Shown here: positions 10,948-20,551 of the stretch, piece by piece | Numbering within the stretch: the first letter of the stretch is position 1 | Layout of the letters: every line of letters starts with the position of its first letter | Origin: Dehalococcoidia bacterium | Lineage (GTDB): Bacteria > Chloroflexota > Dehalococcoidia > DSTF01 > RBG-16-68-14 | DNA: 58,147 nt | Direction: 5' to 3' | Assembly: GCA_040882355.1 (NCBI GenBank) | Contig: JBBEBM010000077.1 | Coordinates: 1 to 58,147, forward strand | Translations under genes and position numbers: made by a program | The notes under the pieces: generated by a model | What the model was told of the DNA's origin: nothing | Seen by the model: only the letters and a program-made list of their open reading frames with translations | Databases searched by the model: none

Positions 10948-11826
10948 CTACTTCTCCAGCACGGTCTCCCAATCGTCAGCGTGGCCTTCTTCGGTCCCGA
11001 GCGTCTCCTCGAACATTCGCCGGGTGACCGGGTCGCCTTCCTGCTCGGCGAGCTTGACGTAGCCCTTGTACATTTCGACTGCACGATACTCACCGTCCAG
11101 GTCGTCCTGGATCATCTTGCGCAGGTTGCCGCCGACGGCGATCGGATGCAGCTCGACGGTGAGGTCGCCACCGAGGAGATCGATCCGCTCGGCGAAGGAG
11201 TAGGCGTGGCGCATCTCGTCCATCGAGTGCGCTTCGAACAGGTCGATGATCGGCGGCGCGGCGATGCTCTGCGCCATCACGTGGTGCCACTGGTACTGGA
11301 TGATCGATGCGAGCTCGTCGGAGACGGCCAGGTTGAGCGCGTCGATCAGCTTCGAGCGTTTCTTCTTCGCGGCCTTCGGCGGCTTGGCGTCGCTCGTGTC
11401 AGCGAGGAGCTTGCTTAGGGCGTGGGAGTGCTCCTCGGTATCGGCCAGGATCTCCTCGAGCATGACGCGCGTGACAGGATCGTCCTGGTCCCGCGCGATC
11501 TGGACGAGCTGGCGATAGGCGGCGACGGCCTTCTCTTCCGCCTTGACGTTGTCGCGCAGCATGCGTGTAACGTCGCCGTGTGAGCCGGGGCTGATCGCGT
11601 CGAGCGCCGTTGTGGGAGTGCCACCGAGCAGGTCGATCCGCTCGGCGATTAGCTCGGCGTGCTTCATCTCCACCATCGCAGTCTCCTTGAAGACGCCGGC
11701 GATGGCAGCGCTGTGGATGCCGCGCGCCTGGATGTGGTGCCAGAGGTACTGAATGGTGGAGGCCAGCTCTTCCGAGAGCGCCTCGTTCATCGCGTCTAGC
11801 AGCTTCTTGCTACCCTTGGGCATCAT
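10948..11826 (-). CDS. Tandem two-domain bacterioferritin-like protein
   Basis: Two repeats: ELASTIQYLWHH..EMKHAELIAERIDLLGG..DPVTR..EEH and ELASIIQYQWHH..DEMRHAYSFAERIDLLGG..DPVTR..EEGH, joined by a Lys-rich linker. Confidence 0.85.
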   Translation of the reverse strand: MMPKGSKKLLDAMNEALSEELASTIQYLWHHIQARGIHSAAIAGVFKETAMVEMKHAELIAERIDLLGGTPTTALDAISPGSHGDVTRMLRDNVKAEEKAVAAYRQLVQIARDQDDPVTRVMLEEILADTEEHSHALSKLLADTSDAKPPKAAKKKRSKLIDALNLAVSDELASIIQYQWHHVMAQSIAAPPIIDLFEAHSMDEMRHAYSFAERIDLLGGDLTVELHPIAVGGNLRKMIQDDLDGEYRAVEMYKGYVKLAEQEGDPVTRRMFEETLGTEEGHADDWETVLEK

Positions 11827-11883
11827 TCCCTCCCAATTGGCGCCAGGCTGAAGCCTGGCCTTCGGGTGGCTGTTGCACCCGCA

Positions 11884-12885
11884 CTACTTCGCTCCCTCCT
11901 GCAGCCAGCTCATCATTCCGCGCAGCTCCGCGCCTACTTCCTCGATAGGGTGTTGGGCGTTCATGCGACGGAGCGCGAGAAAGCTGGGCCGCCCGGCCTG
12001 GTTCTCCAGCACCCATTCCTTGGCGAAGGTGCCGTCCTGGATCTCGCGCAGGACCTGGCGCATGCTCTGGCGGACGTGGTCGTCGATGATACGCGGCCCG
12101 CGCGTGTAGTCGCCGTATTCGGCCGTGTCGCTGATCGTGTAGCGCATCGACGCCATGCCGCCAGCGTGGATGAAGTCGACGAGCAGCTTCAGCTCGTGCA
12201 GGCACTCGAAGTAAGCGACCTCCGGTTGGTAGCCGGCCTCGACCAGCGTCTCGAACGCGGTCGTGATCAGCGCTGAGACTCCTCCACAGAGCACGGTCTG
12301 CTCGCCGAAGAGATCGGTCTCGGTCTCTTCCTTGAACGTCGTCGTGAGCACGCCGGCGCGCGCGCAGCCGATGCCCATCGCGTAGGCGAGGGCAAGCTGT
12401 TTGGCGTTCTCGGTGGCGTTTTGGTGGACGGCCATGAGGGCGGGCAAACCCATGCCGTCGGTGTAGAGACGGCGCAGCATGTGGCCGGGACCCTTCGGCG
12501 CGACCATGGTCACGTCGACGTCAGGCGGCGGCTCCACCTGGTTGTAGTGGATGTTGAATCCGTGGGCGAACATGAGCATGTTGCCCGCCGAAAGCCCCTG
12601 AGCGATGTGGTTCTCGTAGATGTCCCGCTGTAACTGGTCGGGCGCCAGCACCATGATGACGTCCGCATCACGGGCGGCGTCGGCGACGGAGCCGACTCGC
12701 AGGCCAGCGGCCTCGGCCTGCGGCCAGCTCTTCGACCCAGGGTAGAGGCCGACGATCACGTTCAACCCGCTGTCTCTCAGGTTGAGCGCGTGGGCGTGTC
12801 CCTGGCTACCGAAGCCGACGACGGCGATCGTCTTGTCCTTCAGCAGCGAGAGGTCCGCGTCCTTCTCGTAGTAGATCTCAGTCAT
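11884..12885 (-). CDS. ilvC: Ketol-acid reductoisomerase
   Basis: [55 protein letters not shown]. Confidence 0.97.
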   Translation of the reverse strand: MTEIYYEKDADLSLLKDKTIAVVGFGSQGHAHALNLRDSGLNVIVGLYPGSKSWPQAEAAGLRVGSVADAARDADVIMVLAPDQLQRDIYENHIAQGLSAGNMLMFAHGFNIHYNQVEPPPDVDVTMVAPKGPGHMLRRLYTDGMGLPALMAVHQNATENAKQLALAYAMGIGCARAGVLTTTFKEETETDLFGEQTVLCGGVSALITTAFETLVEAGYQPEVAYFECLHELKLLVDFIHAGGMASMRYTISDTAEYGDYTRGPRIIDDHVRQSMRQVLREIQDGTFAKEWVLENQAGRPSFLALRRMNAQHPIEEVGAELRGMMSWLQEGAK

Positions 12886-12907
12886 GCAGCGGTGTTCCTC
12901 CGAGACA

Positions 12908-13693
12908 TCAGGCGGTGCTCACGCTCGCCTCGGACCATGTCCGGGCTCGCGTGAAGTCGGGAACCCCGAGCAGCAGCCATGCGAGTCGTTGCTCGATCTC
13001 CTTCGTGTGAAAGCGTTCGTGGCCGATGATGCGGCGGACCGCCTTGCGGGCCGTCCAGTCTTCGGGGCTATCGCGCCAGGGGCGAACAGGATGGAAGAGG
13101 CGGCCGCGTTCGCCGGCCGGAAGGGAGCGCAGGCGCTCGATCACGCACTGGCGCCGTGCCTCGAGGCCCTCCGGCTCCGGGTCAGCCGATGACGGCTCGC
13201 CGTCTTGCAGTCCTGTGCGGTAGTAGCCGTCGCTGTTGCCGATCTCAGCGACGATCTCGCGGATCGTGAGGACGTCCGGGTTCCACGGGTCGATCTTCGC
13301 CATCGCGGAACGGGGCGGGCGCCAGTCGAGCACGGCGTCCGGCAGCGGCTCGACGAGCGCGAGCAGATCGGCGCGCGCGTAGGCCATGTGGCGGACGGCG
13401 CGATCGATCTCGTCGTCCGCCACCGGTCGCAGGTCGTCGTCGAAGCAGAACTCACCGTCCGCGGCGGTCGTCTCCGCGCGGGTGATGGTCTCCACGATAT
13501 CGACATCGAGGGCCCCGTGGGGATCGAGCGGCTCGCCGTGGTCCGCGAGCCACGCGACGTGCTCGGCGATGGCGACAGGCAGCATTTCGCGCAACGTCGC
13601 CTCGTCCGGCGCCGACACAGCGCAGCCGGGCAGGTCGAAGGCGACGCCTTCGACACGTTCCGCGTGCAGCGAGACTCCGATGCGGTATCTCAT
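12908..13693 (-). CDS. HicB-like N-terminal domain plus DinB-like C-terminal domain protein
   Basis: [29 protein letters not shown] (HicB-like); [17 protein letters not shown] (DinB-like His motif). Confidence 0.65.
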   Translation of the reverse strand: MRYRIGVSLHAERVEGVAFDLPGCAVSAPDEATLREMLPVAIAEHVAWLADHGEPLDPHGALDVDIVETITRAETTAADGEFCFDDDLRPVADDEIDRAVRHMAYARADLLALVEPLPDAVLDWRPPRSAMAKIDPWNPDVLTIREIVAEIGNSDGYYRTGLQDGEPSSADPEPEGLEARRQCVIERLRSLPAGERGRLFHPVRPWRDSPEDWTARKAVRRIIGHERFHTKEIEQRLAWLLLGVPDFTRARTWSEASVSTA

Positions 13694-13698
13694 GACGG

Positions 13699-14268
13699 TT
13701 ACATCAAGCTCCCTACCTTCGCCTTGCCCTCGCCGGCGGAGCGGTAACGGTGGTGTTCGCCCTTCTCACCGTCGAGGGCCATGGGCGTGCGGGCGCCGCG
13801 GGCCATAGCGATACGGCCTGTCCGCACCAGCTCCTTGATCCCGTACGGCCGGACCATCTCGATCAGGGCGTCGACCTTGTCCTCGGTGCCGGTCACCTCA
13901 ATGATCAGCGCTTCGGTCGAGACATCGACGATCTTCGCGCGGAAGATGTCGACGATCTCGATCACGTTGCTGCGCTGCTGGGGCGTGGCGGAGATCTTCA
14001 CCAACGCCAGCTCTCGGTGGACGATGTCGTGCTCGGTGAGGTCGGAGACCTTGACGACCTCGATGATCTTGTACATTTGCTTCGTGACCTGGTCGACGTC
14101 CGTCGTGGTGCCGTCGACGGTGAAGGTCATGCGCGACAGCCCCGGGACCTCGCTGTGGCCGACGGCGAGGCTCTCGATGTTGAAGCCGCGCTGTCGCCAC
14201 TTGCTGGCGATGCGGTTCAGGACGCCCGGCCGGTCTTCGACCAGAGCGACGATTGTGTGCTTTCTCAT
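13699..14268 (-). CDS. ilvN: Acetolactate synthase small subunit
   Basis: MRKHTIVALVEDRPGVLNRI..RGFNIESLAVG; RELALVKI; ATGA overlap with ilvB. Confidence 0.95.
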   Translation of the reverse strand: MRKHTIVALVEDRPGVLNRIASKWRQRGFNIESLAVGHSEVPGLSRMTFTVDGTTTDVDQVTKQMYKIIEVVKVSDLTEHDIVHRELALVKISATPQQRSNVIEIVDIFRAKIVDVSTEALIIEVTGTEDKVDALIEMVRPYGIKELVRTGRIAMARGARTPMALDGEKGEHHRYRSAGEGKAKVGSLM

Positions 14269-15971
14269 GACGTGGCCACCTTCTGAGGAGCGTCTTCGAA
14301 CACCGGCTGGTCGATCGTTTCGGCGAGCGAGGAGGCCGGCGGCATCATCGGGTAGGTGTCCTCCTGCTGCTCGACTTCGAAGTCCAGCAGGACGGGCCCA
14401 GGGTGGTCGAGCGCGCTCTGGATCGCTCCCTCCACCGCAGCTTTGTCGCTGACCCGCACGCCGGGCATGCCGAACGCTTCGGCCAGCTTGATGAAGTCGG
14501 GCTGGAAGAGCCGCACCGACGAGAAGTTGTCGTTGTAGAAGAAGTGCTGCCACTGGCGCACCATGCCCAGGTAGCCGTTGTTGATGATGGCGAACTTGAC
14601 GGGCAGCTCGTACTCGACGATGGTCGCCAGCTCCTGCATCGTCATCTGGAAACCGCCGTCGCCCGCGATCGACCAGACGGTGCTCTTCGGTTTGGCGAAC
14701 TGGACGCCCATGGCGGCCGGCACCTCGAAGCCCATCGTGCCGAGTCCGCCGGAGGTGATGAAGCTCGCCGGGTTGTCGCCCCAGAAGTACTGGGCCGCCC
14801 ACATCTGGTGCTGACCGACGCCCGTGACGTAGTACGTGTCGCGGGGCGAGAGGTCGTAGATCTTCTTGATCACGTACTGCGGCAGCACCTTGTCGACGTC
14901 CGGGATGACGATCGAGGGGTGGTCGCGGCGGATCTGCTGGATGTGGTTGTACCAGTCGTCGTGGCGCGCGGGCTGCACCTGCGGGTTCAGCTCGCGCAGC
15001 ACCTCTTTCACGTCGCCGACGATGGGCACCGCTGTGCGCACATTCTTGCCGATCTCCGCCGGATCGATGTCGATGTGGATGATCTTCGCGCTCGGCGCGA
15101 AGTCCTTCAGCCGGCCCGTGACGCGGTCGTCGAAGCGCATGCCGATTCCGATCACGAGGTCGGCCTCGCTGATCGCGATGTTGTTCCAGTACATGCCGTG
15201 CATCCCGGGCATGCCCATGAACAGCTCGTGCGAGCCGGGAAAGCCGCCGAGGCCCAGCAGCGTGCAGATCACGGGGATGTGCGCCTTCTCGGCGAGGTCG
15301 CGGAGCTCGTCGTATGCCTGCGAGATGACGACGCCGTGGCCCGCGAGGATGACCGGCCGCTCGGCTTCGGCGATGAACTGCGCGGCCTTCTTGATCTGGG
15401 CGGGGTGGCCCTTGGTCACCGGCTTGTAGCCGCGGATGTCGACCTGCTCCGGGTAGTGGAAGTCGGTCTTCTCCTGCTGAATGTCGCGCGGGATGTCGAC
15501 CAGGACCGGGCCGGGCCGGCCGGTGGTCGCGATGTAGAACGCCTCGCGCATGGTCTGGGCGATGTCGTTCACGTCGAGCACCAGGTAGTTCTGCTTCGTA
15601 ACGGGCACCGTGATGCCGGTCGCGTCCGCTTCCTGGAAGCCGTCGCGACCGATCAGCCACGTGGCGACCGCGCCGGTCACGCAGACGAGCGGCACGGAGT
15701 CCATCCAGGCGTTCGCGATGCCTGTGACGATGTTGGTCACGCCAGGGCCGGAGGTGGCCCAGCAGACGCCGGGCTTGCCGGAGACGCGCGCGTAGGCGTC
15801 GGCGGCGTGAGCGGCGCCCTGTTCGTGGCGAACGAGGACGTGGCGGATCTGGGGGTACTGAACGAGCGTGTCGTAGAGGGGGAGGTTGGCGCCGCCCGGG
15901 TAGCCGAAGATGTACTCGACTCCCTCGCGGGCCAGACACTCCATGACGATTTGTGCGCCTGTCAATTTCAT
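14265..15971 (-). CDS. ilvB: Acetolactate synthase large subunit (biosynthetic)
   Basis: FGYPGGA, RHEQGAAHAAD, TSGPG, RFDDRVTG, GDGGFQMT..NNGYLGMVRQWQ. Confidence 0.97.
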   Translation of the reverse strand: MKLTGAQIVMECLAREGVEYIFGYPGGANLPLYDTLVQYPQIRHVLVRHEQGAAHAADAYARVSGKPGVCWATSGPGVTNIVTGIANAWMDSVPLVCVTGAVATWLIGRDGFQEADATGITVPVTKQNYLVLDVNDIAQTMREAFYIATTGRPGPVLVDIPRDIQQEKTDFHYPEQVDIRGYKPVTKGHPAQIKKAAQFIAEAERPVILAGHGVVISQAYDELRDLAEKAHIPVICTLLGLGGFPGSHELFMGMPGMHGMYWNNIAISEADLVIGIGMRFDDRVTGRLKDFAPSAKIIHIDIDPAEIGKNVRTAVPIVGDVKEVLRELNPQVQPARHDDWYNHIQQIRRDHPSIVIPDVDKVLPQYVIKKIYDLSPRDTYYVTGVGQHQMWAAQYFWGDNPASFITSGGLGTMGFEVPAAMGVQFAKPKSTVWSIAGDGGFQMTMQELATIVEYELPVKFAIINNGYLGMVRQWQHFFYNDNFSSVRLFQPDFIKLAEAFGMPGVRVSDKAAVEGAIQSALDHPGPVLLDFEVEQQEDTYPMMPPASSLAETIDQPVFEDAPQKVATS

Positions 15972-16068
15972 GGTCGATAGACCTCCAATGTGCGTAGTAA
16001 CGGCTCGGCCCCGATTGTCTCGGGGCCGGTCTTCGGTGCGCGCGCTAGGTGGCGTGTCGCCGAAGACC

Positions 16069-16191
16069 TCATGGGGTAAGCAGGAGCAGGCTCAATGCGA
16101 GCGGCTCCGGCAGGCGCGCAGCTACGACACGGTTTCCCCGAGCCATCGGGGAAACCGTCTGCGCCTCCTGCCTGAACGGGCTGATGCTCAT
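16069..16191 (-). CDS. Putative Leu-rich leader peptide (40 aa) of the ilv-leu operon
   Basis: SD GGAG, then MSISPFRQEAQTVSPMARGNRVVAARLPEPLALSLLLLTP*; 6 Leu in the last 10 codons, four consecutive; lies between the T-box and ilvB. Confidence 0.6.
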   Translation of the reverse strand: MSISPFRQEAQTVSPMARGNRVVAARLPEPLALSLLLLTP

Positions 16192-16209
16192 CAACACTCC
16201 CAAGATCAC

Positions 16210-16450
16210 AACATCCCACCCCCAAAGGGACCCCGCGGGGGCGGGATGGTACCACCCTTCTTGCCCGCCAATCACGGCGAGCCACTCTCGGCGCTTTAAC
16301 GGGCGCTCCCGTTCGGGCCTGTCCCCCTTCAGGTTCGGCTCGAAGGCTCAGGGGCGAGTTCGGTGCCTGACTGCCGCCGGATTCTCAGCTTCCTCCGGCT
16401 CTCTTGGGGCAGTGATGGGCGCCTACTGCTCCCCTTCGTCGCCTTTCGAC
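16210..16450 (-). ncRNA. T-box riboswitch with Leu (CUC) specifier
   Basis: Minus strand: AGCAGTAG, AGAGAG, GCTGAGA, specifier GAA-CTC-G (CUC at 16356-16358), CCGTTA, T-box AAGGGTGGTACCA with closing arm CCCTT, and an alternative hairpin CATCCCGCCCCC/GGGGGTGGGATG. Confidence 0.9.
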
Positions 16451-16462
16451 GTATCGGACGTT

Positions 16463-16491
16463 AGTGTAACGCCCGCCATAAGGGTTGTCAA
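16463..16491 (-). promoter_or_regulatory. Sigma70 promoter of the ilv-leu operon
   Basis: TTGACA-17 nt-TACACT directly upstream of T-box stem I. Confidence 0.8.
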
Positions 16492-16558
16492 TAAGGGAAA
16501 CGGAGGGTCAGGGGTCGAGGGTCGAGGGTCAAACGGCGCAGGCGGAGTCGCGCTTTGA

Positions 16559-17725
16559 TTAGGGGCGCTGCTGCTTTGGCGTGGCCAGCCGCGCCAGGCC
16601 GTCGAACGCGATGCTGAGCGGGCCGAGCTTGCGGCGCAGCGAGACGTAGTTGGTCTCGCCGCGCACCATGCTGCAGAGGATGCGCCAGAAGCGGTCGCTC
16701 CGGCGCATCACCGCGACGCACGGTCGCGGCAGGCGATGGAAGATCGACTGCAGCTTCGTCGAGACCTCGATCTCGGTCATCAGCTCGCGGTCAACGGCCG
16801 ATTCGTAGGCAGCGAGGTCCTGCGTCTCGCCCGCCAGGTAGCGGGCGATGGCGTCCGCGGCGAGGCGCCCGCTGGTGAAGGCGGCGTGGATGCCCTCGCC
16901 CGAGAGGGGGTCGACGAGGCCGGCGGCGTCGCCTGCGAGCAGTGCCGGGCCGTGGGTGATCGGCGCGCCGGGCGCGCGCATCGGCAGGTGGTGGCCGCGC
17001 AGGGCGAATAGCTTCGTTTCGTCCAGGTCGAGGTAGCGGCAGAGGGCGGCGAGCCGGTCGCGCAAGGTCGGGCCGACGAAGCGCCAGCCGCCGACACCGA
17101 CGTTCAGGTGATCGCCTTTGGGAAACAGCCAGCCGTATCCGCCCGGGATGCCTCCGAAATCGAGCGCGATAGTCCGCTCCCAACGGGCCGCGAGATCGCC
17201 GTCCATCGATACGTTGCCTTCGAGCGCGACAGCGGACTCGCCGATCGGCGTCAGGCCGAGCGGGCGGGCGACGACGCCGTTCGCGCCGTCCGCGCCGACG
17301 AGCGTTCGCGCGCGGTAGGCGTCGCCGTTGGCGCGGACGAGCGCCTCGCCGTCAGACATCTCGATCTCGCGCACGGCGCGGCCGTCGCGGAAGTCGACGC
17401 CCGCGGCGGCTGCTTGCTGCGCGAGGTACTCGTCGAGGCGGCAGCGCTGGGTCATGTAGGTGAGCGGCTCGACCGACGAGCGCTCGAACGGGCGCCCGAG
17501 GCGGAAGCTGACGCGCACGCCGTGGATCGAGCGCTCTACGACGGGCGAGAGGTCGAGGCCGGCAGCGCGGGCGGCCTGCACCGTGACGCCGCCGCCGCAG
17601 GGCTTGTCGCGGGGGAAGCGCGCGCGATCGAGCAAGAGCACGCGTGCGCCCTGCTCGGCGAGCAGCCGCGCGGCGGTGGACCCGGCGGGGCCGGCGCCGA
17701 CGATGATGCTGTCGTAGGTGGCCAC
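16559..17725 (-). CDS. Geranylgeranyl reductase family FAD-dependent oxidoreductase
   Basis: VGAGPAGS, FPRDKPCGGG, GADGANG, GYGWLFPK, GDAAGLVDPLSGEGI. Confidence 0.9.
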   Translation of the reverse strand: MATYDSIIVGAGPAGSTAARLLAEQGARVLLLDRARFPRDKPCGGGVTVQAARAAGLDLSPVVERSIHGVRVSFRLGRPFERSSVEPLTYMTQRCRLDEYLAQQAAAAGVDFRDGRAVREIEMSDGEALVRANGDAYRARTLVGADGANGVVARPLGLTPIGESAVALEGNVSMDGDLAARWERTIALDFGGIPGGYGWLFPKGDHLNVGVGGWRFVGPTLRDRLAALCRYLDLDETKLFALRGHHLPMRAPGAPITHGPALLAGDAAGLVDPLSGEGIHAAFTSGRLAADAIARYLAGETQDLAAYESAVDRELMTEIEVSTKLQSIFHRLPRPCVAVMRRSDRFWRILCSMVRGETNYVSLRRKLGPLSIAFDGLARLATPKQQRP

Positions 17726-17788
17726 GGTCGCAGTCTAGCAAGCGGGCGGTTGTTGGCCGACCTGGTTCGCTATCATGGGCAGGCAGGA

Positions 17789-18076
17789 ATGAAGAGCAAG
17801 CCTAATTCTCGAGCCTCACGGACTAACTGGCGGCGCCTCGACAAGATGGCGGACGAGGAGATCGACCTCGCCGAGCTGCCTGAGGTCACGCCCGAGATGT
17901 TTGCGCGCGCCATCGTGCGCAAGGGCCTCAAACCGGTTCCGCGCAAACAGCAACTTACGCTCCGCGTGGACAGCGACGTGCTCGCGTGGTTCAGAGAGCA
18001 AGGCAAGGGGTACCAGACGCAGACGAACGCGGTGCTCAAGGCCTACAAGGAGGCCCATGAGCGACGGCGCGCGTAG
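17789..18076 (+). CDS. BrnA family antitoxin (no adjacent BrnT)
   Basis: SRTNWRRLDKMADEEID...KQQLTLRVDSDVLAWFREQGKGYQTQTNAVLKAY. Confidence 0.8.
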   Translation: MKSKPNSRASRTNWRRLDKMADEEIDLAELPEVTPEMFARAIVRKGLKPVPRKQQLTLRVDSDVLAWFREQGKGYQTQTNAVLKAYKEAHERRRA

Positions 18077-18131
18077 CTGCACGCTTGCTGTACAGTGACG
18101 GGGCGCTCCTGCGCGAAATGGAGGTCGTTCT

Positions 18132-19100
18132 ATGAAGGCAGCAGTGTACTACGAGACCGGAGCGCCGGAGGTGTTCCGCTACGAGGAGGCGCCCGACCCG
18201 CCGTGCCCGCCGGGCGGCGTGGTCATCGACGTCAAGGCGGTGAGCATCGAAGGTGGCGACGTGCTCAACCGCGCCGGCGGCGACATGCCCGCGAAGCCGC
18301 ACATCGTGGGCTACCAGTGCGCGGGCGTGATCAACGAGGTCGGCGCGGAGGTCAAGGACCGCACTGTGGGCCAGCGCGTGGTCGCGGTGATGGCGCACGG
18401 ATCGCACGCAGAGCGGGTCGCGGTGCCCGCGGGTTCGACGTGGGTCGCTCCGGACGACCTCGACCTACAACTCGCGGCCTGCGTGCCGGTGCCGTGGGGC
18501 ACCGCCGACGACTGCCTTTTCGAGTTCGGCCGGCTCCAGCCCGGCGAGACGGCGCTGATCCAGGCAGGCGCCGGCGGCGTCGGTCTTGCCGCGATCCAGC
18601 TCGCCAAGCGAGGCGGCGCCACCGTGCTCGCGACGGCGTCGAGCGATGACAAGCTCGATCGGCTCAAGGAGTTCGGGCTCGACCACGGCATCAACTACCG
18701 CACGCAGGACTTCGTCGCGGAGGCGCGACGCCTGACCGGCGGGAAGGGCGTGGACGTCGTCGTCGACTCGGTTGGGACCACGATCGCGGGCAGCATCGAG
18801 TGCACCGGCTACAAAGGCCGCGTCGTGCAAGTGGGCAACGCCGGCCGGGCCGAGGACCGCCGCGTCGACGTGAGCCCGCTCAGCGGGCTGAATCGATCGC
18901 TCACCGGCGTGTTCTTTGGCGGGTCGCTGCTGATCGAGACGGCGCGCGCCTATCCGATGGTCGGGCGACACTTGAGCGACATCGCCGCCGGCCAACTCCG
19001 GGTGGTGATCGACCGCACGTTCGCGCTCTCGGAGGCCGGCGCCGCGCACACGTACATCGAGAGCCGCGCGGCATTCGGCCGGGTGCTGCTCATCCCCTAA
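18132..19100 (+). CDS. MDR family NADPH:quinone oxidoreductase-like protein
   Basis: LIQAGAGGVGLAAIQLAK, GKGVDVVVDSVG; SD GGAGG. Confidence 0.85.
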   Translation: MKAAVYYETGAPEVFRYEEAPDPPCPPGGVVIDVKAVSIEGGDVLNRAGGDMPAKPHIVGYQCAGVINEVGAEVKDRTVGQRVVAVMAHGSHAERVAVPAGSTWVAPDDLDLQLAACVPVPWGTADDCLFEFGRLQPGETALIQAGAGGVGLAAIQLAKRGGATVLATASSDDKLDRLKEFGLDHGINYRTQDFVAEARRLTGGKGVDVVVDSVGTTIAGSIECTGYKGRVVQVGNAGRAEDRRVDVSPLSGLNRSLTGVFFGGSLLIETARAYPMVGRHLSDIAAGQLRVVIDRTFALSEAGAAHTYIESRAAFGRVLLIP

Positions 19101-19125
19101 GCAGAAAATTCGCGGTCACAGGCGG

Positions 19126-20487
19126 CTAGTCGCGCCAGCGAAGCTCGAACAGCGACGTTGGTTCGCTGAAGCCCTTGAGTTGTACCGGGCCGCGTTCGGC
19201 GAACGCGAAGCCTTTGCCTGCCGCGAGCTGTCGGACGACGTCCGAGATCAGCACCTCGCCGGCCTGTGCCTGGTCGCAGATGCGACGAGCAAGCTGCACG
19301 CTCGTGCCGAAGAGGTCCTCTTCCTCCGCGACCGGTTCGCCGGCGTTCAGCCCGACGTGAATGGCCAGGTCCTGATCGTCACCCCGAGCATGTCGAAGGG
19401 CGACGGCCCGCTGGATGGCGACGGCGCACTCGAGAGCGCTGGAAGCGGTCGGGAAGGATGCCATGATGCCGTCGCCCGTGTGTTTGATCTCGCTGCCGCC
19501 GCGCGGGCTGAGCGCCTTGCGAACGATGGTGTCATGGGCGCGCACGAGCTCCTGCGCGCCTGCGTCGCCGAGGCGCTGAGTTAGCGAGGTGGAGTCCGCT
19601 ATGTCGGTGAACAGCACGACCACCATGCCTTCCTGCCGTTCGCCAGGCCCAGGGACCGGCGTGTCCTCATCGCCTTCCGTCAGGAACTCGATCGTGGGCT
19701 GCAGCACGGAATCCACGTCATCCACCCATGGGTAGTGAGCGTCACCCTCGAGCGGGATGAACCTCACGTTTGGGAGGTGCCTGGCCAGGTACTCACCCCA
19801 GGCGAACGGCGCCGCCTGATCGCCTCGGCGGTGCAGCACGAGGGTGGGCGTCGAGATCTGAGCCAAGATCGACTGCGTATCGAAGTGGACATCCTCCAAG
19901 CGTTCTGCTAACTCGGCTGTCGTCGAGTCCCGGAGCATGCGGACCAGGCTTTGGAACTGCTCCTGCCCGGTCCCGCTTGGAAAGAAAATACTCGCCCGGG
20001 TCTTCGCGTAGAGCTCCCAGTCGGCCCGACGGAGAGCGTTGAGCGCAGCGCTGCGCTCCCGCTCCGCTTCGGTGGGTCCGCGCGGTCCCTGAGCACCTGT
20101 CCCATAAAGCACCATTCGCCGGACGCGGTCGGGGTGGGCGGCGGCATAAGCCTGAGCTGGCAGGCCGCCCCAGGAGGTGCCGAGGAGGTCGAATCGATCT
20201 GCCCCAATCGCGTCGATTACGGCTGCGAGGTCGCGCATATCGTCCTCGGGCGTGAAGTCTGTTCGCCTGCGATCGGAGAGGCCACAGCCGTGACGGTCGT
20301 AGAGGACGAGCGTGCGCCGCTCGGCGAGCCGCTCGCAGAAGAGCTCCTGCGCCTTCGTGTCGCCGGAGTACCACTCGATGTGCGTGTTGCCGCCAGGAGG
20401 CATGATTAGGAACGGGCCGGCGCCCATGGTGGCGTAGGCGGTTCTCGCTCCGTCGGGCCGCTTGGTGTACTGAATTCGTGGGCCCAT
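19126..20487 (-). CDS. Alpha/beta hydrolase fused to class III adenylate/guanylate cyclase (LipJ-like architecture)
   Basis: YDRHGCGLSD, GTSWGG, LEGDAHYP; cyclase FTDIADST, KHTGDG, DLFGTSVQLARRI, LKGF. Confidence 0.9.
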   Translation of the reverse strand: MGPRIQYTKRPDGARTAYATMGAGPFLIMPPGGNTHIEWYSGDTKAQELFCERLAERRTLVLYDRHGCGLSDRRRTDFTPEDDMRDLAAVIDAIGADRFDLLGTSWGGLPAQAYAAAHPDRVRRMVLYGTGAQGPRGPTEAERERSAALNALRRADWELYAKTRASIFFPSGTGQEQFQSLVRMLRDSTTAELAERLEDVHFDTQSILAQISTPTLVLHRRGDQAAPFAWGEYLARHLPNVRFIPLEGDAHYPWVDDVDSVLQPTIEFLTEGDEDTPVPGPGERQEGMVVVLFTDIADSTSLTQRLGDAGAQELVRAHDTIVRKALSPRGGSEIKHTGDGIMASFPTASSALECAVAIQRAVALRHARGDDQDLAIHVGLNAGEPVAEEEDLFGTSVQLARRICDQAQAGEVLISDVVRQLAAGKGFAFAERGPVQLKGFSEPTSLFELRWRD

Positions 20488-20551
20488 GGCAAACCCATAG
20501 TACATCGCGGGTGACGAGCACGCACCAGCGACGTTAGGGGAGCGAACGCTC

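Noticed and set aside
13699..15939. 746-aa ORF suggesting a long IlvN fusion
   Set aside because: The upstream part is an off-frame shadow of ilvB; IlvN starts at 14268 with an ATGA overlap
16502..16531. GGGTCGA heptamer repeats as an operator
   Set aside because: Short low-complexity 7-nt repeats also occur at 40376-40457, and nothing supports a regulatory role
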